Source: Lama guanicoe
Lineage: Eukaryota
Length of the DNA: 64,000 bases
Reading direction: 5' to 3'
NCBI GenBank assembly: GCA_013239625.1
Contig: MU053574.1
Location: 619,844-683,843, forward strand
The notes under the pieces were generated by a model. That model worked only from the letters and a program-made list of their open reading frames with translations. It did no database searches and was not told the DNA's origin. Below are positions 50,844 to 63,880 of the stretch, in pieces. Positions within the stretch are counted from its first letter, which is position 1. Each line of letters starts with the position of its first letter. Both the position numbers and the translations under genes were made by a program.

Positions 50844-51819
50844 GTAAGTAAATAATGAGCGGTCGAAGGGACATCTGTCAGAAGCTCATCTTGTAATTTC
50901 CCTCTAAGTTAGGCTTTACTGGCCATGTGTTTGCTGGACATTTACCAGTTGTATATTTACTCTGGGTTTAACAGACCTGTATTTGCTGTACATTTATTTA
51001 CCAGACCTGTATTTGCTCAGTTGATTACTTGCCATTCAGGGTCCTTTTTTAGTTTTTCTGGACTCAGCTGGAAAAGGCCCAGTATTTATTGCATTAGACT
51101 TACAATTTAAAAGCTTTCTTTTGTTATGTCTTCTCCTTCTAATAAATTCCTTCATCTGTCAGTGTGTTTGTTACAAAACAGACAATGTGCAACCTGTTTG
51201 TTAAATCACATTCCAACCTTGGTTTTGTGGCTAATTGTTTCTGAAAAGACCAAACTTACAACTCACTGTAAGGCAGCTTGAGGGGTTCGCTGTCTCCCTC
51301 ACTCCCATCCATTGCGTTGTGGGGGCTTCTCTCCGTAAGGTAAGATAACAGAAGTTTTAGCGTGAACTTAAGGAGCACCACCTGTGCCCTACCTGGGCAC
51401 ACTTGTCATCTTTTCCCAAAGCCCTGCAAAATAATAAAAATTACTCATTCCCTGCTCATTGGGAAGTCAGAGCTCAGGGATGTTAAGTAACTTAACCAGG
51501 GTCATCCTCAGTATTAAAAGATAGGTACAGAATTGAAACCTGATTTTGTTTGGCTGCAAAGTCCACGATCTTTATTATATTCCAAGCTGCCTTTTTGACA
51601 TTGCTGCTTTCTTAGTCTCTATTATATGAAGACAATATGATTTCATTATTCCTTTACCTTTTTGTGTTTTATCTTAAAAATTACAACAGAGCCCCTTAGA
51701 GCTCAGCATTGTGCTGCCTCATAACTGATGTGCCGTATTTGCTAACATAGGTGTGATCAGGGCGCAGGGCTTTGTGTAGAACGTGTTTAGAGGAGTAGCA
51801 AACGAGGATATGTGCCTTA

Positions 51820-52765
51820 ATCTGTGCTTTAGACTCTTTCAAGTGGTTAATTTGCCAAATTTCTATTTCTAAGGTAGTATCCTTCCCTGAACCCTTCTTG
51901 CATCCCACTCTCTGACGTCTCCATTTGGAGATAGATTAACCATTTCAAACCTACACCAAAAAGAATGCTTGATTTTCTGCCTGACATCTGCAGTTCCTTT
52001 AATTTTCCCATCTCAGTTAGCAGGGCTTCCAATCTTCCAGTTGCTCAGCCAAAAAACTTCAGCAGCATCCACCTAATTCACCAGGAAATCGTCTTGACTC
52101 TTCCTTTGCAGTATATCCAAGATCCAGGCCCCACTTCTACTATTATGTCCTGGCGCACACTTCCACTAACTTTTGCCTCGATCCTACAGTGGCCTCTTAA
52201 GTGGTCTGTCTTTGCTTTTCCCATTGCGGTTTATTCTGTAGTCTGCAGTATGTGATTCTCTTAGTGTGTAACTTAGAGCATGTCTCTTCCCTCCACAGAA
52301 TTGTCTCAGGTAGTGTTCAGAGTCCCTACTGGTCTACATAGTCCCATAAAGTGTGGCCCCACTCTACTCTGTCTTCTAGCTCATTTCTCCCTACTTTTCC
52401 TTCCAGCCATTCTAGCCTTCTCCCTGTTCCTAAAATACTCTAGTCACATCTCTGCCTCGTGGTCTTTGCAGTTTCTGATTCTCCTCCTGTAACACACTTT
52501 CCCCAGGTCACGGCGTGGCTCACTCCCTTGTGTCAAGCATCGGCTCTGGTATTATCTTGATCAGGAAGGCCTTCCCTGACTGTCCTGCCCGTGGTAGTCC
52601 TCCCTCACATCCTGCATCCCTTTCTTGCCCACTCTCTGCCTTCTTCATAGCACTTACATCCCCTGACACATTCATTTGTGTATCTGTCTCCCTCTGCGAA
52701 AAAATGACAGAAACATTGCCTGGTTCTTATGAGGCATTCAGTAGATACTTATTGAGTAAATTATT
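51820..52765 (+). mobile_element. L2 LINE 3' fragment
   Basis: Pyrimidine-rich L2 text ending cattcagtagatacttattgagtaaat. Confidence 0.65.
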
Positions 52766-52876
52766 GATTTAGTGTATAAAATACATGTTACAAAATACCA
52801 ATTCTGAATAACCTGTTTAACTGGATACTGTTACTCACTGGTGACTGAAACGGCTTTTTCTCCTTCTTGGTAATAG

Positions 52877-53109
52877 TGCGTAATGGGAAGTCTGAGTGTT
52901 CCGTTTCCATCCAGACTCAAGATAACTTACCAGTCAGTTTAAGTGAATTCGTGAAATGTATTGTAATTAGCTCTCTGGTAACGACACAAAGGAAGTTGAA
53001 AGCCATGTCTTTGCTGAGTGGTCGGAACCAACTGGCCAGAGCCGTTCTGAATCCAAACCCCATGGACTTCTGTACAAAAGATTTACTAACTACAACATCT
53101 GAGAGAATT
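52877..53109 (+). CDS. SETX: SETX exon 13 (RNGKSECSVSIQTQ...TTSERI)
   Basis: TAATAG acceptor, ATT|GTGAGT donor, 233 nt. Confidence 0.95.
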
Positions 53110-54176
53110 GTGAGTAATGATCATCTAATAACAGGAAAAGTTGGAACATTTCATGTCAGAATGTTAAAGCATCATGTTGTCTTTATCTATTACATGTTCC
53201 CTCATGTCTGCAACAAAGACATAGTCATCTTGTGTGCCCAGTGACACTGTTTAGTGCTTAGGTTTTTGATATTTCAAAGTATGTCTTTGTGTTGGATTAG
53301 TCAGCTTACTTTAGGAAAAAGGTAGAGTACAATAAGGAATTGAAAATATGATTGAAGAACAACTTTAAAATGAGCATGCTACTTAAGTTTTTGTTTAGGT
53401 AATTACAGTTCAGGAGTAGGAGTTGATTTAGCGAAATTAATTTTGATTTTGAAAGATCAATGGAAAATTGACTGATACTGTCGCAGGTATGAAGATGAAG
53501 TTGTTGTTTTGTGTGAACTCATATTTCTCATTGTAAGAGTTGTGTGTAAGATCCAGGAAGTTAACACAGAGTTAACACAGAGACAGGCACAAGGAAAGTA
53601 GTGCTTTTTGGACATCTGCTGTGTGTTAGGGTTTTCATGTGAGTTATTTCACCCAATTCTTACCCTTCTTAGGAATCCTAGACTTAATATATGACAAACA
53701 CTGAAGCTCAGAGTTAGGAATTTAGAGATCTAGCTTGTGAATGAAACTGAGGTATAGACTCAGATCTGACCCAAAATCTATCTTCTTTCTACTATATCAG
53801 CTGTGTTAGTAAGAAAGAAAGTCTTGGAATGTTTTTTCTTTTACTGCCCAAGAAGAGAATTGACTAAAATGGGAAGAAACAGGAATAAATAGAAGAAAAC
53901 TATGTAACAGTTTGTGATCATCTTTATAAGAATGTCAAATAAAAATACGGTTGTATTTGTAAGTGAACTGGAGCCTACAGACACTCATAAGTAACTTTAT
54001 TTCCAGTAGTGAAAGTGGTTCTCAGGTTAAAGGTCATTTTGGGGTCTGGACTGATCATAACCAGAGCTTCTGTCTGATAAAGATAAGGTGAAATTCAAAC
54101 AGATGTTTTCCATTATCTCCCTCTCCTGTGCCGCTGCAGGAGGAACAACTCATTCTCACTAATGTCTTTTGTATAG

Positions 54177-54344
54177 ATCGCCTACTTAAGAGATTTCAAC
54201 GAAGACCAAAAGAAAGCAATAGAAACTGCATATGCCATGGTGAGACACTCCCCATCGGTTGCCAAGATCTGTCTGATTCATGGACCACCTGGCACAGGAA
54301 AGTCAAAAACCATTGTCGGCCTCCTGTACCGCTTACTGACAGAG
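54177..54344 (+). CDS. SETX: SETX exon 14, helicase Q motif and Walker A (FNEDQKKAI...LIHGPPGTGKSKT)
   Basis: GTATAG acceptor, GAG|GTAGAG donor, 168 nt; GPPGTGKS at 54282-54305. Confidence 0.97.
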
Positions 54345-54890
54345 GTAGAGTCCGTGTGAGGGCCTCATTGCTGTCACTGAGTACTTCCTTTTGCTTCACT
54401 TGAATTAACTAACAATTACACGAGTACGAAAGTGCCTTTTCTCCTTCAATTTTGTGTATCTTTCTGATGTTGTGTGGAATTGTATCAGATAAAAGGGCAG
54501 CACAGGTGGAGAAGGTTATCAAATAAAAAGAGCAGAAAACGTTGTCTTGTGTGAAACTAATCCTAAGGGCTAGGATGGTGGTCTCCTGGCTTTATTTGAG
54601 GTCACGTCTAACACCAGGAAACCATCTTCAGTGTGTTCGTGGCTACATTTTGGTTGGTTTGAGTGTTGAGTAAAATAAGTGGGTAGTAAGATAAGACTCA
54701 GAGAAGTTACGGTAACATTCTATGCTAGAGTAATTTTCTAATATCAATTGACGATACGGGCGCTTTTATTTACTTTTAACTATTTGTAAGGGGAACTTTG
54801 AATATACATGGAAGTAGGGGGTATAGCACTGCAGAATAGTGCTCACCAATGTTGTTTGTTTGTTTGTTCGGTGGCAAATTGTGGAACCAG

Positions 54891-55041
54891 AGGAGGGGGC
54901 ACTCAGATGAAAACTCCAATGCCAAGATCAAACAAAACCGTGTCCTTGTGTGCGCGCCTTCCAATGCAGCTGTTGATGAACTCATGAAAAAAATCATCCT
55001 CGAATTCAAAGAAAAATGTAAAGACAAGAAGAATCCTTTGG
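54891..55041 (+). CDS. SETX: SETX exon 15, helicase motif Ia (RVLVCAPSNAAVDELMKK); 5' boundary inferred
   Basis: The first AG after the putative branch point is at 54889-54890 and keeps the frame; donor G|GTATGA. See the acceptor finding. Confidence 0.85.
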
Positions 55042-56019
55042 GTATGATACTTACGTGGGCTTTTAATTTGTTTTTGCTTTTGTTTGCAGTGTTTAGCGTG
55101 GGCAGCTTTGAATGACAAAGTGCAGGCCAATTCTGGTGGCCATTTCCACTTAAGGCTATGGCCCACATGTACTCACTGATTCGCTCAGCGAACATTACTG
55201 AGCATTTATTCTGTGCCAGGCACTGCATAAGTACTGAGGTTTCGACAGTGAAACCTTCAAAGAGTCAGCCTGATGAAGAAGTGGGTGGATCAGTGGGCAG
55301 TTAAGTGCAAGGGTGTGAGTTGCATAATAGGGGTGAAACGTGGGCTCTCTGCAACACCTAGAGCAGCCCTTGATTCCGTCGTGTGGCGGCCAGGCAAGGC
55401 TTTATAGAGGAAATGATGTCTGCGATGAAGCTTGAGGAGCGAGTTAGGAGTCAGCCATTGCACGTGGGGTGGGGGCGGGGGAGCTCTAGTAGACGTTACT
55501 ATAAATAAAAAGGAGCAGAAGCAAGAGAACCTCAGTTCAGTGTAACTAGAATTAAAACAAGCTCCATGAAGGCAGAGTTTTTTTAAATTTGTCCACTGCA
55601 GTAACCCCAGTGCTTAAAACAGTGCCTGGCACTCGGCTGGGCTGAGTAGATACTTAGTGACTCAAAAGTGGGAGCAGTCGTGGCTTATGGTTGCTGAGCG
55701 CTCCTTGTGTGTCAGTCATCTCAGAGTAACAACTGCCCTCACTGTCTGCATTTTATAGGAAGACAAACTGAAGAGTTGAGATGGAAAACATACATAGGGA
55801 TAACTTTTTTCAGTACAGTTGACAGATGGTGAAATGCATTACCACGGGTGATTTAGGGTGCTTGAGTGAAGATGTGAGAGAATTTCTGTGTACTTAATGT
55901 TAGCACTCACTCTCACGCCTCCCGTTATGAGTGGTGTGGTTGCAGCTCTGTATTAGACGATTCTTCCAAGCACGTATGTCTTGTCTTCCATAACCATGTT
56001 CTGTTTTCTTTGAGCATAC

Positions 56020-56445
56020 TTTAGTTAGGATTGGATTGGGCTGCAAATAATAGAGATTCCAAATAGTGGCTTAAATATGGTAGACGCTTCTTTCTTTCTA
56101 ACTCAGAACCCAGAGATGGGCAGCTGAGGCACGGGACTGGTATGATGACTGTGCTTCAGAGAGTCTTCAGAGACTGGGGTCCTTTCATCTTGTTTCTCCA
56201 CCATGTGTGACCTCTGTTCCTTAGTGCACCTCATGGTCAAAAATGGCTGCTCCAGCTCCAGTAATCACATCCATTGAGTATAAGTAAAAGACGAAGAAGG
56301 GGCAAAGGGATTAGCCATACTTTAAGAAAAGTTTCTAGACCCTGCCAGAAACACCTCTGCTTATTTCCTTTTGGCCAGAACTTACTCCCATGGCCACACC
56401 CACTGGTGTGAGAGGCTGGGGGACATGTCACCTTTCTTCTGAGGG
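56020..56445. mobile_element. MaLR (MLT1J/K-type) LTR
   Basis: ttagttaggatt...aaatagtggcttaa...aaaatggctgctccagctcca. Confidence 0.6.
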
Positions 56446-57440
56446 ATCACACACGTTTGTCCTTTTACTACATATGTGCTTTACCTGCATATAAAATTCA
56501 TCTGCTGTTGAAACTTACATTATCAACCTGCAACTTTTTTACTCACTGTGTTTGTGAGATTTATGATTTTATGTATCACTATATATTGATACAGTCATTC
56601 ATATTAACTGCTATAAGGTATTTCATTGTATGAGTGCACAGTTTGCTCCTTATCTATTGATAGAATTTTTTTTCCTTTTTTTTGTTATTTCAAACTGTAT
56701 TGCAGTGAACATTCCTACACTTGTGCATGTTTCTCCACTGCGGGTGTGAAAACATTTACTACGCTGAATAAATGAATTGTGTGTTGCAGACAGTTAAAGG
56801 GAGCACACTGAAGTCAGGGTTCTCACTCGTGTCTCTTGTGTGTTCGTGCAGCCTTCTAGGGCAGTGCTTTTCAAACTGTGGCTTGTGACCTGTTAGTGGA
56901 TTGTCAGATCAGTTTAGGGACACCAGAACCAGCACAGTTAAACAAGGTAAAGTAGAACAGAAGGGAATAGAAAAGATCAGAGTCTGGGTAGTGTGAGGGG
57001 TTAGTACTATTTTGTGAAACCTGTTTTACTGGGGAGGTGTGTGAGTGTACTGGCTTTCAATGTGAAGTGTACTTTAACTATAGTTCAAGGTCAGAAGAGT
57101 TTATAAAGATACTGGTCTGTATACCTGGAAGTGAAAATGTTGGGTTGAAGGATTTGTGCATCCTCAGTTTCCTAGATAGTGCCAAATTCTTCTTGAAAGT
57201 GGTTGTATCAAATTGCACGCCCAAGAACAGTCTTTGTAGGAGGGGTGCAGGCTTCACTCCTCCTCTCTGACTGAGGGAGGGGGATAAGTGCTTCTGCAGG
57301 TGTGTGTTGACCACACGGCAAGGCCAGGACTTGGACTGGGCCAGCAAGCGTCCAGGTTGGATTTTTATTTTAGTTTTTTGGTTAGAAAACAGTATCTGAC
57401 AGTAAAGAGAGCTTTTTTCTTCTTTTTCAGTACTTTTAGT

Positions 57441-57575
57441 TGTTTTTTTTTTTCCGGGGGGAGGGGGTAATTATGTTTGTTTGTTTATCTATTTTTAGAG
57501 GAGGCACTGGGGATTGAACCCAGGACCCTGTGCGTGCCGAGCATGCGCTCTACCACTTGAGCTATACCCTTCCCC
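57441..57575 (-). mobile_element. Full-length Vic-1-like SINE with TSD
   Basis: Antisense A/B boxes; AGTACTTTTA at 57429-57438 and 57579-57588. Confidence 0.88.
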
Positions 57576-59851
57576 TTTAGTACTTTTATTTCCACTTCTT
57601 TTCACTACTTCCAGTGGTCCTGGGTGTCCTTTAAAAGGAAATGCCTCAGACATCTAACCGTTAAGTTTGATGTTTGTTTTTGGAGTTTGGTGTGTCCCCT
57701 TTATCGGGTTAAAGAAGTTCCCTTCTCATTAAGAGTTTTTTAATGAATTGGTATTGAATTTTATTGCATGCATTTTTTTATCCGTTGAAATGGTAATGAA
57801 GCTTGTTTTTAACCTGTTAAAGGTGATAAATTACAGTGCTTTTCTAATGTTACGATATCTTTGATTCCTAGAATAAGGTCACCTTGGTTGTGTATTATTA
57901 TTTTTTAACACATTGCTGGATTGCTGATGTTTTATGCAGGTTTTTAAAATGAATATTCATAAATGAGGCCAGCCTGTAATTTTTCTTTGTCGTATCTTTG
58001 TTTGGTTTTAGTATTGAAGTTACGCAGACTTTAAAAATGAAGTTATTCAGATATTTATTTGGAATATTTTGTATGAGACAGAATACCTGTTCTTGGAAGG
58101 GTAATTTTTTAGTGTTGTTTTGTTTGGGGAGTTTTTGTTTTGGTGGGTTTTTTTTTCTTTTTCTGTCTGTTTTTTTGACAGATGGCTAAGTTTCTATCTG
58201 CTGTCTAAATGTAGTTATTCTTGGTCTGTTCAAGGTTTCTAGACTTGAGTGAGTTTTGCTAATTCATATTTTTCAGGAAGAATTTTCACTTTATCTTAGG
58301 TTTTCAAATACACTGGTATAAAGCTCATTATTCACATTTTAAAAATCTCAACTATTTTGGTTGAGTCACCTTTGTCATTCTCTGTATTACATGTTTAGTC
58401 TCTAAATCCACATGTGGCATGGGCCCACGGTGAGGGAGTCTAGAAGAGAATTACTTCTTTCCCAGCTAAGCCCAGGCCAATGTCGAGCCCTGTCTTTTCC
58501 ACCCCTCCACTCCTTCCAGGCCCCTTTGCTTTCTAATCCAGGTCCCCATTATAAAATTTCTATATCTTTCTTGGAATGGTAGCTTTGCCACTGTAGACAT
58601 TTGTCAAACTATGGAACTAAAGATTTTTAAGTCTGTGCATTTTATTATGTATAAATTGAAGAACAGCTAAGCACCTAGACAGTGAGCAGCCATCACCCCC
58701 TTCCCTCAGGGGAGGCCACAGCAGCTCAGGGGCTTTTAGCACTGGTTTTCAGCTTTCTCTTTGTTTTTGGCCCCTAGGAATTTCTCTTACATTCTTAGGA
58801 GCTCACCCTGCAATTTAAAGGATGTCTGTTTTAATTTCTGGAGCAGTTTTAGGTGTTTATATGAGTGAGTTTCCAAATAATCTCATGTACCTCCTGGTAG
58901 AAACACAAGTTAGCAGTTTTAAAACTTTCAAGTAAATGTTGGCCAGAGAAGATGGCTTCAGATTTAGAAAAATGAGCTGAACTAGGAACAAAAACATGTG
59001 TAGACAACTGTATAGTAAGTCATTCATTCATTCATTTGTTCAACACATATTTATTGTACTTCTTACCTGCCAGCTGCTGGACTAGGCAGTGACCAAAACA
59101 AACCCTGTTCTTAAGGGACTTGGGATTCAGGGGAGGAGGTAGACAGTAACAAGCATGTGATGTGTCAGGCTGGGGTGCGTCCGCGTGATGGCTGTAGTCT
59201 AATTCAGCGATGCAGTGAGAGGTTTTTAGATTAAGTAATATTAGCTGAAATTTGCTAATCTAAAATTAAAATGTGTTTAGTAAACCAGTTAAATGATGTT
59301 GACAGTTTTGGAATTGCCATACTCCAGAATTTCCAGCATCTAATGTCCCTTAGATCGTGGAGTGGCATTATGATGTAGAGCAGAGATTCAGAAACTTGGT
59401 TCTGAGTATTCTGTAGAAAAGGATGTGATGGTCAAGATTCAGTTTTGGAAATCCACACATGTATTAATAAATGAAAGTCTTTATTTTTGAAATAACCTAT
59501 GGTTAAGAAATCTGTTTTATTTTAACCTTCCATTTCCCAGATAAATTTTACTATGGAGTGTTGTATAGAACATAGTTTGAGAAACAATAGAATCTCAACT
59601 CTGCAACTTACTGTTTATGCAACCTCACTAGCTTTTATTAGGTGGAAATAAGTCTTTGCTTTATAACATTGTTCTGAAGAATATCTAAAATAATGTGTAG
59701 GAAGCCTCTAGTATAGTTTCAGGTATCTGGTTGATTAATAGTTCATGTTAACAGCCTTCTCTGATATTTAATATACTTGCTTAGAAATAGATATTATGTG
59801 CAGAGATTGGCAGTGTTCTTATTAATGTCTAAGTGTGACTTTTATTAACAG

Positions 59852-59953
59852 GAAACTGTGGAGATATAAATTTAGTACGTCTGGGTCCAGAGAAGTCTAT
59901 TAATAATGAGGTCCTAAAATTCAGTTTGGACAGCCAGGTTAACCACCGAATGA
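59852..59953 (+). CDS. SETX: SETX exon 16 (NCGDINLVRLGPEKSINNEVLKFSLDSQVNHRM)
   Basis: TAACAG acceptor, TGA|GTAAGT donor, 102 nt. Confidence 0.95.
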
Positions 59954-60170
59954 GTAAGTACTGAATCAGGTACCTGCTAATGTTACTTCTGTTTTCTAAT
60001 GTGTGGTCAAAAATGGCCTGGGCATTAAAGGTAATTTGGAGACCGTAGAAACAATCTAGGAGACCCTCGAAACTAGCTTTGGAAACTAGTGTTTCTTCTC
60101 ACTGTGTGTGCACGTGTGTGTGTGTTGGAATTAGCATATCATTCATCTCCTCCCCCCCCCCTTTTTTTAG

Positions 60171-60286
60171 AGAAAGAGTTACCTTCCCATGTTCAGGAGA
60201 TGCACAGAAGGAAGGAATATCTAGACCGTCAGCTGGATGAGCTTTCCCGCCGGCGTGCGTTATGCCGAGGGGGGCGGGAAGTACAG
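60171..60286 (+). CDS. SETX: SETX exon 17 (KELPSHVQEMHRRKEYLD...GGREVQ)
   Basis: Poly-C/T tract + TAG acceptor, CAG|GTATCT donor, 116 nt. Confidence 0.95.
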
Positions 60287-60420
60287 GTATCTAAATGCTT
60301 CTTGATCAATGTTTTTATATAACTCATATATAAAGTAGTTGATGAGCATTTGATACCATTCTTTCATTGTGGAATAGCATAATTTGTGTATAAAAATGTA
60401 TGCAAAAATTGTGTCTTACA

Positions 60421-60635
60421 TCAGGAGTTACAAACTTTTCTTGAAAAGGACAAGATGGTAAGTATCTTAGACTTTGCAGGCCATGTGGACTCTGTTTCAA
60501 CCACTCAGCTCTCCTCTTGAAGCGTGAAAGCAGTGATTCATAATCCATAAACAGGGGTGTGGCTGTGTTCCGATAAAACTTTATGAAAACAGATGAGTTG
60601 AGTTTAGCCTGCAGGCTCAGTTGGCTGTTGCTTGC
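60421..60635. mobile_element. MER58A-like hAT element
   Basis: caggagttacaaactttt...ttagactttgcaggccat...ggtgtggctgtgttccgataaaactttat. Confidence 0.7.
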
Positions 60636-61449
60636 CTTATCTGAAAGCCATACTAATTTTGTTAGGTATCTTTCAGTTGCAAGTTAAAAACCCAATTCAA
60701 CTTAAGTTGTACCAAAAGGAAATTAACTGGTTCATGTACCTGGGGAATCTGGAAGTGGATTAATTTTTCAGCATGGCTGGATCCAGAGACTCAAATGATG
60801 TCATTTCTCCACCCCTTGATTTTTCCCGTGAGTCATCTATTTTTCCTCCTGCGTCCACCGTCCCAGCTTAGAAAAACCGTCTGGAGAGGTCTCTCTCCCA
60901 GTATCCATGCATCAGTTTTAACGAAGGACTCTGATTAGTCCCTGGAGGATGCAAGCAGGTCTAATCCCTATTTTTAAGGAAATGAGTGCTGTGATTTACC
61001 AGGCCTGTGTTAAATGCCTATTCCTGTGGCCAGAGGAATGACTGGGGAGCAATTGATAACCTCATTTGACCTCCTAGATGAGTGGAGGGTTGGATGCTAA
61101 GCAGACAGACAGAGCATAACTGCAGTACACGGGACAGAACTGAATCTTTACAGAGTGTTAAGAATGTGTCAACGAAAGGTTCATGCTGTACAGTGCAGGG
61201 AACTGTATTTAATATCTTGTAGTACCTTATGGTGAAAAAGAATATGAAAATCAATATATGTTTGTGTGAGGTGATACCCCGTTGTAGTTTTGATTTGCAT
61301 CTCTCTTACTTAGCGATACTGAGCATCTTATGTGCCTGTTGGCCTTCTGTATGTCTTCATTGGAGAAATGTCTGTTTAGGTCTTCTGCCTAGTATTTGAT
61401 TGGGTTGTTTGTGGGGTTTCTTTGTTGTTGTTGTTACTGAGTTGTATTC

Positions 61450-61910
61450 ACAGGTCTTGAAGGAAGTACAAGGCATGCCTTATGACAGGGAGGCCTGACA
61501 GAGTGCGGACAGAGAGAGGCAGGACCTGGGCGCCCGCCTTTGTTAGAGCCCCTGGGTGGAGTGCTTTAGGGTTCCCGGGCTGAGGCTGGATTGGTCAGCT
61601 TTAGCCAAAAGAGCAGGAGTTTGGTGAGCTGCTTGGAGGGCCTTATCTAAGGAAAGTCTTTTCTCAGGGGCATGTAAGGGGAAGGCGTGAAAGGCAGGGG
61701 AGACTAGATCACAAGAGCATGCATTTGCTTGTGACTCTGTGGGCTGCTGTCTGGGGCCTAACCGAGCTTGAAGAGGCGGGCGTCATTTTAAGGTCTCCGC
61801 AGGCCGCTCGGCCAGAGTGGCTGCCAGGGCAGCGACAGCATGGAGCGGCTTGGCTGAGCGCTGACGTGCAGTAGCACAGGAGCGTCATGTCAGGACTTCA
61901 CTGGTACAGA
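61450..61910 (-). mobile_element. Probable ERV LTR fragment
   Basis: GC-rich block in an AT-rich intron, containing ATTGG and adjacent to L1 fragments; family not identified. Confidence 0.4.
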
Positions 61911-62042
61911 GAGAGGCACCGGCTGTGTAAGCTTTTCATTAATAAAGTATAGACTCACCCTTTAGAAATGCGAGGCAGTCTGTTGGAAAGCATTTTAAAA
62001 TGCTTAGTTTGATTCTAATGATGGCATTCTAATTTTTTCCAG

Positions 62043-62114
62043 AGGCAAGAATTAGATGAAAAAATTGCCGAAGTTTCAAAAGAAAGGCAGGAACTTGCTT
62101 CTAAAATTAAAGAG
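62043..62114 (+). CDS. SETX: SETX exon 18 (RQELDEKIAEVSKERQELASKIKE)
   Basis: TTCCAG acceptor, GAG|GTAAGT donor, 72 nt. Confidence 0.95.
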
Positions 62115-63880
62115 GTAAGTAGTTAACCTGTAACATTTCCCTTGTTCTTCTTTTCTTTTTCTTTCTTTCCTTTTTTTTTTTGTTAATTATGAACTGGTTC
62201 AGACAACCTATGGTCTTTTCTCAATTACATTTTAAAATTTTTTATTATGAAAAATTTCAAACACATACAAAAGTGGAGAAAATGGTGTAATTACAGATAT
62301 GTTTAAACAGATTTTTTTTTAAGCCTGATAGTGAATTCTTACTACTGCCTGAGATTTCTAAGAAAGAGGTGATTATAAAATTTTCCTTTTCTAGGTCTGG
62401 CTGAATGTTTCTAAAACTCTGTCTAGTGAACTGCTCTGCTTCTCCGCTCCCCGCACAATTGTGTTATTTATCTTCAGATTAATAATTAATGAGACTAGGT
62501 TTGTAGGTTTTCTCTGTTAAAAAGAAAAAGAAAACACTTGTCTGAATTCAAGTAGGATTTGGCACAAGAAGTAAAAATACCTTGCTCTCAATTTTTGGGT
62601 GAAAGCATGAACTCTCTTTTTCTTGTTTTTTATCATAAGAATCCTTCTATAATATGTGTAACTTTTTCCCCAGTATTCTTTGGATATGAAAATGTCAACT
62701 GAGATTTAGAGTGGTGATGCTAGGATGAGCCGGGTGTATACCCTCACCACCAGAATGCAGCCCTAATAAACTGAATCCAGAGTCAAGGAGAGGGGTTGAT
62801 ATCCACTGGTAATGGTATTTGTATTTTTGCCCTGAGATTTTTTTCTCTTGAGCGCATTATTAGCCTTCTCTGTGTGGCTGAATAAACACAGTTAAATTTA
62901 ATGCGTATTTTCATTAGCAGTTTGTTTATTTAAATTAAAAATTACATGGGAAGCTTTTTATTGAAATTTTAAACTGAGCCCAAAATTAATTTTCCTAAAT
63001 TCAAGCACAATGTCCATGTCTACAGGTATTGTGAGTTTTGCTGCTCACCACATTGTTCTGTGGGCCATTCAGTTAGTTGTCCTTGGCATTTTCACTCATT
63101 AGATGGCTAACGGGGAGTACGTGACAGTGCTTCAGCGTGTCGGCACTGTAAGACTGCAGGCACCACCCTCTTCCTAAAGCTCACGTACAGCCTCGGAGTC
63201 CGTGGTTGAATATCTCATGTGTTCAGGAATGTTTCACTGCTACTTTTCAGGAGCAGGAATAGGCAAACCAGATCTCTGATGAGAAAACTAGTTTATTAAT
63301 TTGAACACTAAACGGTATACATTGTGAGGTGTCATTCATGCTGTCAGTCTCCATCAGTTTATGCTACTGCATGTGTAGACCAGGGTGGTTTTTCTTACTG
63401 TGGGAGTAGAATGCTCATCAGTTTCACAGGCATTTTTGTTAGTACTAGCCCTTATTTTAAAAAAAGAACATTGTTACATACTTAAAAACTCAGGAAAAGG
63501 TGTGTTGAAGCTTAGTTCTGATCCTGGTTTCACGCAGGTGAGTGCTTCATAACTCAGTAGAATTATTTAATCTCATTATGATACCTTCCCACATAAGAAT
63601 TGTAATCTACTTTGACCAAATTAAATCTTGAATGAATTTTTCTTAATGTGCTTAAATCATGTTCTAAGATTAGACTTCACTGCAAAGCACAGTGTTCTTT
63701 CTGGTGACTTCTGATTATCTTGAATGCTTCTGCTGTTTTCTAGATTTGAGGTTCCCCCCAGCATTTATTAGATACAATTCTGTCACATAATAAATAGTGG
63801 GTGTTTTATAATGAAAAATAGGCCTGTTGTAGTCAAGAGTGTATATACAACGGAATGTTGATTAACTTCTATTTTGTTAG

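Noticed and set aside
54776..55228. 150-aa minus-strand ORF
   Set aside because: Antisense to exon 15 and starts in an L2/MIR-like tail; no independent support.
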